In this document: positions 1-10,039 of the stretch, piece after piece
How the letters are laid out: the number at the start of each line of letters is the position of its first letter
Position numbering within the stretch: the stretch's first letter is position 1
Source: Methylorubrum extorquens
GTDB taxonomy: Bacteria; Pseudomonadota; Alphaproteobacteria; Rhizobiales; Beijerinckiaceae
DNA length: 32,000 bases
Assembly (NCBI GenBank): GCA_900234795.1
Contig: LT962688.1
Span: forward strand, 4,800,001 to 4,832,000
Direction of reading: 5' to 3'
Translations under genes and position numbers: made by a program
The notes under the pieces: model-generated
Databases searched by the model: none
What the model was told of the DNA's origin: nothing
The model's input: only the letters and a program-made list of their open reading frames with translations

Positions 1-99
1 GAGGAGCTGCTCTACGACAAGCAGAAGCTCCTCGAGAACGGCGATCGCTGGGAGCGCGAGATCGCCCGCAACATCGCGGTCGACGCGCCGTACCGCTAG
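1..99 (+). CDS. nuoI: NADH-quinone oxidoreductase subunit I, 3' end only (32 codons plus stop)
   Basis: Frame 1 reads [32 protein letters not shown]-stop (TAG 97-99). The GDRWE...DAPYR ending matches my recollection of alphaproteobacterial NuoI C-termini. It lies directly upstream of nuoJKLMN. Confidence 0.75.
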
Positions 100-141
100 T
101 TCGACCGCCGACATCGGTTGTGCGCCGCACAGCCCAGTTCT

Positions 142-230
142 ATAGAGCATCGTCCCGAACGGCGGCTTCCGGCCCTCGGAAAAAGACGATGCGGAAACAG
201 GAACCTAGCGCCTCGCTCTCGATGCGCTAG
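142..230 (+). repeat. Copy C of a ~100-bp bipartite hairpin repeat, in the nuoI-nuoJ spacer
   Basis: It shares GAGCATCGTCCCGAA (15/15) and CGRAAAAAGACGATGC with the reverse complement of copy B (17575-17676). The 8-bp stem GCATCGTC/GACGATGC is followed by an A-rich linker and a second hairpin, TAGCGC/GCGCTA. Confidence 0.7.
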
Positions 231-308
231 ACGGGCCGCCGCCTGCGGCCGAGGGTCCACCGAGGCAGAAGGGAGCCGCTCGCTTGGGCGGCCGATGCTG
301 AAAATCGC

Positions 309-929
309 ATGACCGCAGCCGCCGCCTTCTTCTATCTCTTCGCAGGCTTCGCCGTGGCCTCGGGCTTCATGGTGATCGCAGCCAGGAACCCCGTCACCTC
401 GGTGTTGTTCCTGATCCTCGCCTTCGTGAACGCCGCCGGGCTGTTCGTGCTCATGGGCGCCGAGTTCCTGGCGATGATCCTCGTCGTCGTCTATGTCGGC
501 GCCGTCGCGGTGCTGTTCCTCTTCGTCGTGATGATGCTCGACGTGGACTTCGCAGCCCTGCGCCAGGGCTTCCAGCGCTACCTGCCGATCGGCGGGTTGA
601 TCGGCGCGATCTTCCTGATCGAGCTGCTGCTGGTGGTCGGCACCTGGACCATCGATCCGGGCCTCGTGCAGGCGCCGCTCGGCCGCGCCGCCCACGGCGA
701 GACTGCGACCAACACCGAGGCACTCGGGCGGGTGCTATACACGGACTACGTCTACGCCTTCCAGATCGCCGGCCTGATCCTGCTGGTCGCGATGATCGGC
801 GCCATCGTGCTCACCCTGCGCGAGCGCACCGGCGTGAAGCGCCAGAACATCGCCGTACAGAACGCCCGCACGCAGGGCATGGCGGTCGATACCATCAAGG
901 TGCCCTCGCGGCAGGGCGTGGAGGTCTGA
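309..929 (+). CDS. nuoJ: NADH-quinone oxidoreductase subunit J
   Basis: 206-aa hydrophobic ORF. The N-terminus [29 protein letters not shown]... is typical of NuoJ. Its position between nuoI and nuoK fits. Confidence 0.95.
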   Translation: MTAAAAFFYLFAGFAVASGFMVIAARNPVTSVLFLILAFVNAAGLFVLMGAEFLAMILVVVYVGAVAVLFLFVVMMLDVDFAALRQGFQRYLPIGGLIGAIFLIELLLVVGTWTIDPGLVQAPLGRAAHGETATNTEALGRVLYTDYVYAFQIAGLILLVAMIGAIVLTLRERTGVKRQNIAVQNARTQGMAVDTIKVPSRQGVEV

Positions 930-934
930 GGCCG

Positions 935-1240
935 ATGATCGGATTGAGCCACTACCTGACGGTTGCCGCGATCCTGTTCACGCTCGGCGTGCTCGGCATC
1001 TTCATCAACCGCAAGAACGTCATCGTCATCCTGATGTCGGTCGAGCTGATCCTGCTCGCCGTGAACATCAATCTCGTCGCCTTCTCGACCCACCTCAACG
1101 ACATCACCGGACAGGTCTTCGCCCTGTTCGTGCTGACGGTCGCCGCGGCCGAGGCCGCGATCGGGCTCGCGATCCTGGTGGTGTTCTTCCGCAACCGCGG
1201 CTCCATCGCCGTCGAGGACGTGAGCATGATGAAGGGCTGA
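935..1240 (+). CDS. nuoK: NADH-quinone oxidoreductase subunit K
   Basis: 101-aa three-TM ORF ([30 protein letters not shown]...[13 protein letters not shown]), typical of NuoK. It starts 5 nt after the nuoJ stop. Confidence 0.95.
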   Translation: MIGLSHYLTVAAILFTLGVLGIFINRKNVIVILMSVELILLAVNINLVAFSTHLNDITGQVFALFVLTVAAAEAAIGLAILVVFFRNRGSIAVEDVSMMKG

Positions 1241-1298
1241 CGCTCCCTCCAAGAGAGCCCCGACCCTTCGTCCGCCTGCTGCGAGGCACGACCGACCC

Positions 1299-3410
1299 AT
1301 GTATCACGCGATCGTCTTCTTCCCGCTCATCGGCGCTCTGATCGCCGGCCTGTTCGGCCGGTTCATCGGCGCGCGGATGAGCGAGCTCGTGACGACGGGC
1401 TGCCTCGCCTTCGCAGCTTTGCTGTCCTGGGGCGCCTTCTTCCTCGTCACCGGCGATGGCCGCGCCGAGACCGTGCCCGTCGCGCAGTGGTTCACCGCCG
1501 GCGATCTCGTGGTCGATTGGGCCTTCAAGGTCGACACGCTGACCGCGGTGATGCTGGTGGTCGTGACCTCGGTCTCGACCCTCGTGCACCTCTACTCCAT
1601 CGGCTACATGCACGAGGATCCGCACCGGCCGCGCTTCTTCGCCTACCTGTCGCTGTTCACCTTCGCCATGTTGATGCTGGTGACGGCCGACAACCTCGTG
1701 CAGATGTTCTTCGGCTGGGAGGGCGTCGGCCTCGCCTCCTACCTGCTGATCGGTTTCTGGTACGAGAAGCCCTCCGCGAACGCCGCGGCAATGAAGGCCT
1801 TCATCGTCAACCGCGTCGGCGATTTCGGCTTCTCGCTCGGCATCTTCCTCGTCTTCGTCCTGACGGGTTCGGTCGGTTTCGACGCGATCTTCGCCAAGGC
1901 TCCGGAGCTGAAGGACGCGACCTTCCACTTCCTCGGCCATGACTGGCACGCCCTGACGCTCGCCTGCCTGCTGCTGTTCATGGGCGCGATGGGCAAGTCG
2001 GCGCAGTTCCTGCTGCACACCTGGCTCCCCGACGCGATGGAGGGCCCGACCCCGGTTTCGGCCCTCATCCACGCCGCTACCATGGTGACGGCCGGCGTGT
2101 TCATGGTCGCGCGCTTGTCGCCGCTGTTCGAGCTGGCCCCGACCGCGCTCACCGTCGTCACGGTCATTGGCGGCATTACCGCCTTCTTCGCGGCCACCGT
2201 CGGCCTCGTGCAGAACGACATCAAGCGGGTCATCGCCTACTCGACCTGCTCGCAGCTCGGCTACATGTTCGTCGGCCTCGGCGTCGGCGCCTACGCGACG
2301 GGCGTGTTCCACCTCTTCACCCACGCCTTCTTCAAGGCGCTGCTGTTCCTCGGTGCCGGCTCGGTCATCCACGCGATGCACCACGAGCAGGACATGCGGA
2401 ACATGGGCGGCCTGCGCCGCTACATCCCCTTCACCACGGCGATGATGACGATCGGCACGATCGCGCTGATCGGCTTCCCCTTCACCTCCGGTTACTACTC
2501 GAAGGACGCGATCATCGAGGCGGCCTACATGTCGGACCGCCCGGGCCACGTGCTGGCGTTCCTCGCCACCGTGATCGCCGCGCTGATGACCTCGTTCTAC
2601 TCCTGGCGCCTGTTCTTCCTCACCTTCGAGGGACCGCAGCGCTGGGTCGCGCACGGCGCCCACGGGCATGACGATCACGCGCATGCGGCGCACGACCACG
2701 CCCACGTGGCGTCTGCCCATGAAGCCGACGGCGCGCCGGGGCACCACGAGGGCGTCGCCCACGACGACCACGGTCACGACGTCGAGCCGGCTTCGCACAG
2801 CGCGGTCGAGCACCACGACCACGCGCCCCTCACGCCGCACGAGAGCCCGCTCGTGATGACGATCCCGCTGGCGATCCTGGCCTTTGGCGCTCTGTTCGCC
2901 GGCCTGATCTTCAAGGAGCGCTTCATCGGGCACGACATGGACAAGTTCTGGGGCAACGCGCTCCCGCACGGGTCCGGCAACGACATCATGCACAAGATCC
3001 ACGATGCGCCGGGCTGGGTCGCCGCCTCGCCCTTCGTGATGCTGGTGCTCGGCTTCCTGCTGGCCTTCTGGATGTACCTGCGCCGGCCCGATCTGCCGCA
3101 TCGCCTCGCGGAGTCGCAGCCGATCCTGTACCGCTTCCTGCTCAACAAGTGGTACTTCGACGAGATCTACGACCGGATCTTCGTCCGGCCGGCCAAGAAC
3201 TTCGGCCTGTTCCTCTGGAAGGAGGGTGACGGGCGCGTCATCGACGGCCTCGGCCCCGACGGCATCTCGGCCCGGGTGGTGGACATCACCCGCGGCGTGG
3301 TCCGCCTCCAGACCGGCTACGTCTACCACTACGCCTTCGTGATGCTCGTCGGGGTCGCCGGCCTGATCACGTGGTACCTCGTCTCCGGCGTGCCTGGGGG
3401 GACCCACTGA
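1299..3410 (+). CDS. nuoL: NADH-quinone oxidoreductase subunit L, with an expanded His-rich loop
   Basis: 703-aa ORF with antiporter-like motifs [15 protein letters not shown] and [24 protein letters not shown]. The stop TGA (3408-3410) overlaps the nuoM ATG by 1 nt. Confidence 0.95.
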   Translation: MYHAIVFFPLIGALIAGLFGRFIGARMSELVTTGCLAFAALLSWGAFFLVTGDGRAETVPVAQWFTAGDLVVDWAFKVDTLTAVMLVVVTSVSTLVHLYSIGYMHEDPHRPRFFAYLSLFTFAMLMLVTADNLVQMFFGWEGVGLASYLLIGFWYEKPSANAAAMKAFIVNRVGDFGFSLGIFLVFVLTGSVGFDAIFAKAPELKDATFHFLGHDWHALTLACLLLFMGAMGKSAQFLLHTWLPDAMEGPTPVSALIHAATMVTAGVFMVARLSPLFELAPTALTVVTVIGGITAFFAATVGLVQNDIKRVIAYSTCSQLGYMFVGLGVGAYATGVFHLFTHAFFKALLFLGAGSVIHAMHHEQDMRNMGGLRRYIPFTTAMMTIGTIALIGFPFTSGYYSKDAIIEAAYMSDRPGHVLAFLATVIAALMTSFYSWRLFFLTFEGPQRWVAHGAHGHDDHAHAAHDHAHVASAHEADGAPGHHEGVAHDDHGHDVEPASHSAVEHHDHAPLTPHESPLVMTIPLAILAFGALFAGLIFKERFIGHDMDKFWGNALPHGSGNDIMHKIHDAPGWVAASPFVMLVLGFLLAFWMYLRRPDLPHRLAESQPILYRFLLNKWYFDEIYDRIFVRPAKNFGLFLWKEGDGRVIDGLGPDGISARVVDITRGVVRLQTGYVYHYAFVMLVGVAGLITWYLVSGVPGGTH

Positions 3411-4993
3411 TGCTCGGCCTCGGCATTCTCTCCGGGCTTCTGATCGTCCCGCTCGCGGGCGCGGCCTTCATCCTCACCCTGGGTGAGGAGACGGCGGCGG
3501 TGAAGCGCAACGCCCGCTGGGCGGCGCTGATCACGACGATCGTCACCTTCCTGCTCTCGCTCGCTGCTTGGGCCCGTTACGACATCGCCTCCCCGAGCTT
3601 CCAGCTGGTCGAGAGCCATGCCTGGCTCGCCGAGACGATCCGGTTCAAGCTCGGCGTCGACGGCTTCTCGATGCCGCTGATCCTGCTCACGACCTTCCTG
3701 ATGCCGTTCTGCATCGGGGCGTCGTGGCTGTCGGTCGAGAACCGGGTGAAGGAGTACTTCGTCGCCTTCCTCGTCCTCGAGACGACGATGATCGGCGTGT
3801 TCTGCGCCCTCGATCTGGTGCTGTTCTACCTGTTCTTCGAGGCAGGCCTGATCCCGATGTTCCTCATCATCGGCATCTGGGGCGGCAAGCGACGCATCTA
3901 CGCCAGCTTCAAGTTCTTCCTCTACACCCTGCTCGGCTCGGTGCTGATGCTGCTCGCCATCATGGCGATGTACTGGGAGGCCGGCACCACCGACATCCCG
4001 ACGCTGCTGGCGCACCGCTTCCCCGTGCATATGCAGACCTGGCTCTGGCTCGCCTTCTTCGCCTCCTTCGCGGTGAAGATGCCGATGTGGCCGGTCCATA
4101 CCTGGCTCCCCGACGCCCACGTCGAGGCGCCGACCGCGGGCTCGGTGATCCTGGCGGGCATCCTGCTGAAGATGGGTGGCTACGGCTTCATCCGGATCTC
4201 GCTGCCGATGCTGCCGGATGCGAGCGCCCAGTTCGCGCCGCTGGTCTTCGCGCTGTCGGTGATCGCGATCATCTTCACCTCGCTCACCGCGATGATGCAG
4301 ACCGACATCAAGAAGCTGATCGCCTACTCGTCGGTGGCGCATATGGGCTTCGTGACGCTCGGCCTGTTCACGCTGAACGAGCAGGGCATCCAGGGCGCGC
4401 TGTTCCTGATGATCTCGCACGGCATCGTCTCGGGCGCGCTCTTCCTCTGCGTCGGCGTCGTCTACGACCGGATGCATACCCGCGAGATCGCGGCCTATGG
4501 CGGCCTCGTGAAGCGGATGCCGCTCTACGCGGCGGCGATGATGGTCTTCACCATGGCCAATGTCGGCCTTCCCGGCACCTCGGGCTTCGTCGGCGAGTTC
4601 CTGGCGATGATGGGGGCCTTCAAGGCCAACCCCACGGTCGCTTTCTTCTCGGTCTTCGGCATCATCCTCTCGGCGGGCTACGCGCTGTGGCTCTATGCCC
4701 GGGTGATCTACGGGAAGCTCGACAAGCCCAACCTCCAGGGCATCCTGGACCTCGACACCCGTGAGAAGATCATCATCGCGCCGCTCGTCGCGCTGACGAT
4801 CTGGTACGGCGTCCACCCGGCGCCCGTGCTCGACACCTTCGCGCCGTCCACTGAGGCGCTGGTGCAGAACATGCGCGGGGCGCTTGCCAACACGCAGACC
4901 GCCGAGGCCGCCGCCAAAGCCGCGAAATCCGCCGCCGCGGAGAAGACGGCCGCACTCGAGTCCCAGAAAACCGTCGAGGCCGCCGCGCGATGA
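3410..4993 (+). CDS. nuoM: NADH-quinone oxidoreductase subunit M
   Basis: Start chosen at ATG 3410 ([11 protein letters not shown]...), coupled to the nuoL stop; the ORF-track GTG at 3371 lies inside nuoL. Motifs include [30 protein letters not shown]. The stop overlaps the nuoN start (ATGA at 4990-4993). Confidence 0.92.
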   Translation: MLGLGILSGLLIVPLAGAAFILTLGEETAAVKRNARWAALITTIVTFLLSLAAWARYDIASPSFQLVESHAWLAETIRFKLGVDGFSMPLILLTTFLMPFCIGASWLSVENRVKEYFVAFLVLETTMIGVFCALDLVLFYLFFEAGLIPMFLIIGIWGGKRRIYASFKFFLYTLLGSVLMLLAIMAMYWEAGTTDIPTLLAHRFPVHMQTWLWLAFFASFAVKMPMWPVHTWLPDAHVEAPTAGSVILAGILLKMGGYGFIRISLPMLPDASAQFAPLVFALSVIAIIFTSLTAMMQTDIKKLIAYSSVAHMGFVTLGLFTLNEQGIQGALFLMISHGIVSGALFLCVGVVYDRMHTREIAAYGGLVKRMPLYAAAMMVFTMANVGLPGTSGFVGEFLAMMGAFKANPTVAFFSVFGIILSAGYALWLYARVIYGKLDKPNLQGILDLDTREKIIIAPLVALTIWYGVHPAPVLDTFAPSTEALVQNMRGALANTQTAEAAAKAAKSAAAEKTAALESQKTVEAAAR

Positions 4994-6429
4994 CCCCGAT
5001 CCAGTCCGTCCTGCCGGCGATCACGCCGGTCCTGCCGGAGATCATCCTGAGCGTCGGCGCTCTGCTGCTCGTGCTCTACGGGGCGTGGCGCGGCGAGCGC
5101 TCGTCCGAGGGCGTCAATGTCGGCGCGCTGATCCTGCTGATCTTCACCTTCTTCCTCGTCGTCTCCCAGTCGGGCAGCGTGACGACGCTGAACGGCGCCT
5201 TCATCGCCGATCCGTTCGCGCGGATCATGAAGGCGTTGATCCTGATCGGCTCGGCGGCGACCATCCTGCTGTCGCGCGACTATTTTCAGCGCGAGCGCAT
5301 TGACCGGTTCGAGTACCCGATCCTGATCGTGCTCTGCACCGTCGGCATGCTGGTGATGGCCTCGGCCAATGACCTCATCTCGCTCTATCTCGGTCTTGAG
5401 CTGCAATCGCTCGCCGCTTACGTCATCGCAGCCTTCCACCGCGACGACGTGAAGTCCACGGAAGCCGGCCTGAAGTACTTCGTGCTCGGCGCGCTCTCGT
5501 CGGGCATGCTGCTCTACGGCGCCTCGCTGGTCTACGGCTTCACCGGCACGGTCTCCTTCCCCGGTATCGTCACCGCGCTCGACGGTCCGTCGAGCTTCGG
5601 CATCGTGCTCGGCATCGTATTCGTGGCCGCCGGCGTCGCCTTCAAGCTCGCCGCCGTGCCGTTTCATATGTGGACGCCGGACGTCTACGAGGGCTCTCCG
5701 ACCCCGGTCACCGCCTTCTTCGGCTCCGCGCCGAAGATCGCCGCCATGGCGATGACGGTGCGCGTCTTCATCGGCGCCTTCCCCGACGTCACGGCGGTCT
5801 GGCAGCAGATCATCATCTTCGTCTCGATCGCCTCGATGGCGCTCGGCTCGTTTGCCGCGATCGGCCAGCGCAACATCAAGCGCCTGATGGCCTATTCCTC
5901 TATCGGCAATGTCGGCTACGCGCTGATCGGCCTCGCCGCGGGCTCGGAGGAGGGCATCCGCGGTGTGGTGATCTACATGATCATCTATCTCGCGATGACG
6001 CTCGGCGCTTTCGCGGTGCTGCTCTCCATGCGCCGCAAGGATCAGATGTTCGAGACGATCGACGATCTCTCGGGCCTCTCGCGCACTCATCCGTGGCTCG
6101 CCTTCTGCCTTGCCGCGATGATGTTCTCGCTCGCCGGCATCCCGCCGCTCGCCGGGTTCTTTGCCAAGTTCTACGTCTTCGCTGCGGCCATCAAGGCGGG
6201 CCTGGTGACGCTCGCCGTCGTCGGCGTGGTGACCTCGGTCGTCGGCGCCTTCTACTACCTGCGCCTCGTCAAGGTGATGTACTTCGACGAGGCCAAGGCC
6301 CCCTACGAGCGGATCCCGCCGGGCTCGGCCATCGTGCTCGGCGTATCGAGCGCCGTCGTGGTGCTGTTCTTCCTCGTTCCGGCCCCGCTGGTCGCTGCGG
6401 CGGGCGACGCTGCCAAGTCGTTGTTCTGA
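4990..6429 (+). CDS. nuoN: NADH-quinone oxidoreductase subunit N
   Basis: 479-aa polytopic ORF with the [21 protein letters not shown] motif. It is the last gene of the nuo operon. Confidence 0.95.
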   Translation: MTPIQSVLPAITPVLPEIILSVGALLLVLYGAWRGERSSEGVNVGALILLIFTFFLVVSQSGSVTTLNGAFIADPFARIMKALILIGSAATILLSRDYFQRERIDRFEYPILIVLCTVGMLVMASANDLISLYLGLELQSLAAYVIAAFHRDDVKSTEAGLKYFVLGALSSGMLLYGASLVYGFTGTVSFPGIVTALDGPSSFGIVLGIVFVAAGVAFKLAAVPFHMWTPDVYEGSPTPVTAFFGSAPKIAAMAMTVRVFIGAFPDVTAVWQQIIIFVSIASMALGSFAAIGQRNIKRLMAYSSIGNVGYALIGLAAGSEEGIRGVVIYMIIYLAMTLGAFAVLLSMRRKDQMFETIDDLSGLSRTHPWLAFCLAAMMFSLAGIPPLAGFFAKFYVFAAAIKAGLVTLAVVGVVTSVVGAFYYLRLVKVMYFDEAKAPYERIPPGSAIVLGVSSAVVVLFFLVPAPLVAAAGDAAKSLF

Positions 6430-6448
6430 GGTCGCTGTTCTGAGGCGG

Positions 6449-7288
6449 ATGCAGTTTCGGCTGAGTCAGGCGGCCCGGTCCGAGGGGCATCGGCTCCACA
6501 GCCACGACCGGCTCGACTCGACCAACAGCGAGGCCATGCGCCTCGCCCAGGGCGGCGAGACGGGCCCGCTCTGGGTCACGACCCAACGCCAGGAGGCGGG
6601 CCGCGGCCGACGCGGCAACGCCTGGACCTCGCCGGAGGGCAACCTCGCCGCCAGCCTGCTGATGCCGGTGGCCGGCGTGGCGCCGGAGATGGTGGCAACG
6701 CTGGGCTTCGTGGCGGGCGTGGCGTTGGTGGACGCCCTGCGCGATGCGTGCCGTTTAGCCCTCTCTCCGAATCCGGAGAGGGGGGATGCACCGCTGCCGC
6801 AGGGCATTGCTCCTAGCGCTGCCGCCATCCATCTGAAATGGCCGAACGACGTCCTCGCCGACGGCCAAAAACTCGCCGGCATCCTGCTGGAGGCCGAGAC
6901 GCTGCCGGGCGGGCGGCGGGCGGTCGTGGTCGGTTTCGGTGTCAACGTCGCGGCGGCGCCGGACGGTTTGCCCTATCCGGCGGCGGCGCTTGCGGCTTTT
7001 TCCGCGGCGGATGCGCCGATGCTGCTCGAATTCCTGTCGGAACGGTTTGTCGAAGCCGTCCGGATCTGGAACAAGGGGCGCGGATTCTCGAATATCCGGC
7101 GGCGGTGGCTGGAGCGCGCGGCGGGGGTAGGGGCCCCCGTGTCGGTTCGCATGGCCGAAGTCACGCTGACGGGCATCTTTGAAACGATCGACGAGGGGGG
7201 GCGGCTCGTGATCCTCGCCCCGGACGGAACCCGACGAACCGTGACGGCGGGCGAGGTGCATTTCGGAAGTGCCGCGACGGCGGCCTGA
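6449..7288 (+). CDS. birA: Biotin--[acetyl-CoA-carboxylase] ligase (group I, no N-terminal HTH), carrying a ~20-codon insertion
   Basis: 279-aa ORF with DSTNSEA, QRQEAGRGRRGNAWTSPEGNL and KWPNDVL..GQKLAGILLE motifs, typical of BirA. Its position after nuoN matches what I recall for Rhizobiales. Confidence 0.85.
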   Translation: MQFRLSQAARSEGHRLHSHDRLDSTNSEAMRLAQGGETGPLWVTTQRQEAGRGRRGNAWTSPEGNLAASLLMPVAGVAPEMVATLGFVAGVALVDALRDACRLALSPNPERGDAPLPQGIAPSAAAIHLKWPNDVLADGQKLAGILLEAETLPGGRRAVVVGFGVNVAAAPDGLPYPAAALAAFSAADAPMLLEFLSERFVEAVRIWNKGRGFSNIRRRWLERAAGVGAPVSVRMAEVTLTGIFETIDEGGRLVILAPDGTRRTVTAGEVHFGSAATAA

Positions 7289-7307
7289 GACTGGATAGAC
7301 GAACAAG

Positions 7308-8981
7308 ATGACGACACGGCAGGACGAACTCGTCTTCGTGCCGCTCGGCGGCGTGGGCGAGATCGGCATGAATGCGGGCCTCTACGGGATCGGACCCGAG
7401 AAGCAGCGCAAATGGATCATGGTCGATTGCGGAATGGGCTTTGCCGGCGAGGAGGGATTGCCCGGCATCGACCTGATGTTCCCCGATCTCACCTTCATTG
7501 AGGAGCGCAAGAAGGACCTTCTCGCCATCTTCATCACCCACGCGCACGAGGACCATATTGGCGCGATCTCCGAGCTGTGGCCGCGCATCAAGGCGCCGGT
7601 CTACGCCACGCGGTTCGCCAAGAACCTGCTCGAGACCCGCCGTCTCTCCGAGCCCGGCGCGCCGAAGGTGGATCTGCGGGAGATCAAGCCGGGCCGTCGG
7701 GTGACCGTCGGGCCGTTCGAGATCGAGTTCGTGCCGGTGGCCCACTCGATCCCGGAATCGAACGCGGTGGCGATCCGCACCGAGCACGGCCTCGTGCTTC
7801 ACACCGGCGACTGGAAGCTCGACGACACCCCGGTGGCCGGCGACTCGACGTCCCCCGAGGCGTTCACGGCTTTGGGCGACGAGGGCATCCTCGCGCTTAT
7901 CTGTGATTCCACCAACGTGCTGCGCGAGGGCCGCTCGCCGAGCGAGTCCGAGGTCTCCGCGACCCTGCACAAGCTGATCGAGAACGCGCCGCACCGCGTG
8001 GCGGTGACGACCTTCGCCTCCAACGTCGCGCGTATCCGGGCCGTGGCGGAAGCGGCGCAGGCCTGCGGACGTCAGGTGATCGCCGTCGGCCGCGCCATGG
8101 ACCGGGTGATCGATGTCGCTCGCGAGTGCGGCTACCTCGACGGGCTGCCGGACTTCCTCTCGGCCGAGTCCTACTCCCACATCCCGCGCGACAAGGTGGT
8201 CTGCCTGCTCACCGGCTCGCAGGGCGAGCCGCGGGCGGCGATGTCGCGGGTCTCGCGCCACGACCATCCGGCGATCTCGCTCACGGCCGGCGACCGGGTG
8301 ATCTTCTCGTCGCGCGCCATCCCCGGCAACGAGCGCGATGTCGGCTCCATCATCAACGACCTGATCGAGGACGGCATCGAGGTCATCACCGACCGCACCG
8401 AACTCGTCCACGTCTCCGGCCATCCCCGCCGCGAGGAGATGGTGACGATGTATTCCTGGACGCGGCCGAAGGCGGTTGTTCCGGTGCACGGCGAGGCGCT
8501 GCATCTCGACGAGCATGCGCGCTTTGCCCGTTCGCAGGGCGTCGAGTCGGTGGTGAAGGCCCGCAACGGCGCGGTGGTCCGCCTCGCGCCGGGCAAGCCG
8601 GAGGTGGTCGAGCACGTCCGCGCCGGGCGGCTCTACAAGGACGGCAACGTCCTCATCGACTCCAAGGACCGGGCGATCCCCGAGCGGCGCAAGCTCTCGC
8701 AGACCGGCATCGTCTCGGTGGCCATCGCCATCGACGAGCGCGGTGAGGTGATCGGCGATCCGGCGGTCGACATCATGGGCCTGCCCAATCGCGGCCGGAC
8801 CGGTGAGCCGCTGCTCGACACCGTGGTCGATACGGTCAACCGCACCCTCAACGGTCTGCCGCGCGGCAAGATGAAGGATTCGGAGGCGGTCGAGAACGCG
8901 GTCGATCGCGCCGTGCGCTCCGCCGTCAATGAGGCCTGGGGCAAGAAGCCCGCCTGCCACGTGCAGGTGGTGGAGGTGTGA
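7308..8981 (+). CDS. rnj: Ribonuclease J (metallo-beta-lactamase / beta-CASP family)
   Basis: 557-aa ORF with the HAHEDHIGA zinc motif, beta-CASP-like middle region and VHVSGHPRREE motif. Confidence 0.9.
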   Translation: MTTRQDELVFVPLGGVGEIGMNAGLYGIGPEKQRKWIMVDCGMGFAGEEGLPGIDLMFPDLTFIEERKKDLLAIFITHAHEDHIGAISELWPRIKAPVYATRFAKNLLETRRLSEPGAPKVDLREIKPGRRVTVGPFEIEFVPVAHSIPESNAVAIRTEHGLVLHTGDWKLDDTPVAGDSTSPEAFTALGDEGILALICDSTNVLREGRSPSESEVSATLHKLIENAPHRVAVTTFASNVARIRAVAEAAQACGRQVIAVGRAMDRVIDVARECGYLDGLPDFLSAESYSHIPRDKVVCLLTGSQGEPRAAMSRVSRHDHPAISLTAGDRVIFSSRAIPGNERDVGSIINDLIEDGIEVITDRTELVHVSGHPRREEMVTMYSWTRPKAVVPVHGEALHLDEHARFARSQGVESVVKARNGAVVRLAPGKPEVVEHVRAGRLYKDGNVLIDSKDRAIPERRKLSQTGIVSVAIAIDERGEVIGDPAVDIMGLPNRGRTGEPLLDTVVDTVNRTLNGLPRGKMKDSEAVENAVDRAVRSAVNEAWGKKPACHVQVVEV

Positions 8982-8988
8982 TGGCGTC

Positions 8989-9017
8989 GCGCCCGCTTCG
9001 CCTCGGCAAGCGGGCGC
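8989..9017 (+). terminator. GC-rich stem-loop just after the rnj stop (10-bp stem, no U tract)
   Basis: GCGCCCGCTT (8989-8998) pairs perfectly with AAGCGGGCGC (9008-9017) around a 9-nt loop. There is no T run downstream, so terminator function is uncertain. Confidence 0.3.
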
Positions 9018-9131
9018 GCGCCGCGTGAAAGCGCGACCTTTCCGGAGAGAGAGGCGCGCGGGATCGCATCCATCGAGCCCGGCGCGGGTGGCTGGGCATG
9101 ACGTTCGAGACAACAAAGGAGGGAGGCAGCA

Positions 9132-9536
9132 ATGATCGGACGGCTCAATCACGTCGCCATCGCGGTGAAGGATCTCGATGCGGCGACGGCGGTCTATCGC
9201 GACACGCTCGGCGCCAAGGTGACCGAGCCGCTGCCGCAGCCGGAGCACGGCGTGACGGTGGTGTTCGTGGAACTGCCCAACAGCAAGGTCGAGCTGATGT
9301 CGCCGCTCGGTGAGAACTCGACCATCCAGGGCTTCGTCGACAAGAACCCGGCCGGCGGCATTCACCATGTCTGCTACGAGGTCGAGGACATCATCGCCGC
9401 CCGTGACCAGATGAAGGCGGCCGGAGCCCGCGTGCTCGGCACCGGCGAGCCGAGGATCGGCGCCCATGGCAAGCCGGTGATCTTTCTCCACCCCAAGGAC
9501 TTCCTGGGAACGCTGGTGGAGCTGGAGCAGGTCTGA
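9132..9536 (+). CDS. mce: Methylmalonyl-CoA epimerase (VOC/glyoxalase fold)
   Basis: 134-aa ORF: MIGRLNHVAIAV.DLDAA...GGIHHVCYEV.DI...FLHPKDF.G.LVELEQ. There is a strong SD (AAGGAGGGAGG) 5-15 nt upstream. Confidence 0.9.
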   Translation: MIGRLNHVAIAVKDLDAATAVYRDTLGAKVTEPLPQPEHGVTVVFVELPNSKVELMSPLGENSTIQGFVDKNPAGGIHHVCYEVEDIIAARDQMKAAGARVLGTGEPRIGAHGKPVIFLHPKDFLGTLVELEQV

Positions 9537-9595
9537 AGGCCTGTTCTTCAGTCCCACTCGATCGGTCGGGCACGGGCCCGGCCGTTTCATATCGT

Positions 9596-9943
9596 TTGAA
9601 AATGATGAACCGCTTGTCCCTTCGCACCCTGACCGCCTCGACCCCGCTGACCCTTCTGACCGTGGCGGCGCTGACCGCTTTGTTCGCAACGGTGGCCGTG
9701 AAGGGGTTCGAGCTGACGGTGTTCGGCGCGCTGGCGCTGTACTTCGTGCTGTGGTGGACCTTCCTGTTCGCGATCCTGCCGCTGGGCAATGCCGCCGAGG
9801 CCGATCCGCAGCGGCTGGTGCCGGGCCAGGATCCGGGAGCGCCCGCGAGCCCGCGCCTGCGTGAGAAGGCGTTGCTGACGACGCTCCTAGCCGCCATCGC
9901 GTTCTTCGCAGCGTTGCTGATCTTCCCGCTCGCCCGCCTGTAA
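9596..9943 (+). CDS. DUF1467-family small membrane protein (start uncertain)
   Basis: The core LYFVLWWTFLFAILPLG...PGQDPGAPASPRLREKALLTT matches my recollection of DUF1467, which usually follows mce in Rhizobiales. The first ~35 residues may be an over-extension. Confidence 0.7.
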   Translation: MKMMNRLSLRTLTASTPLTLLTVAALTALFATVAVKGFELTVFGALALYFVLWWTFLFAILPLGNAAEADPQRLVPGQDPGAPASPRLREKALLTTLLAAIAFFAALLIFPLARL

Positions 9944-10002
9944 AGGGCGACGGGGCGCTCCGCCTCCGGAGTAGACGGCCACTGCGCCGAAGAAGAGGCT
10001 CA

Positions 10003-10039
10003 GCCCAAAAACCAAAAGCAAGGCACAAGGCCTTGCTTT
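10003..10039 (-). terminator. Intrinsic-terminator-like hairpin, best on the minus strand
   Basis: 10-bp stem 10015-10024/10030-10039 (AAAGCAAGGC / GCCTTGCTTT) with a 5-nt loop. On the minus strand it is followed by TGGTTTTTGGG. On the plus strand only TTT follows. Confidence 0.4.

Noticed and set aside
1104-6090. Long minus-strand ORFs antisense to nuoK-nuoN (767 aa at 1104-3407, 495 aa at 3329-4816, 460 aa at 4708-6090), plus several shorter ORFs on both strands.
   Set aside because: They are typical high-GC shadow ORFs. Their products are Arg/Gly/Asp/His/Glu-rich low-complexity strings with no recognisable domains. They overlap genes with unambiguous Nuo homology.
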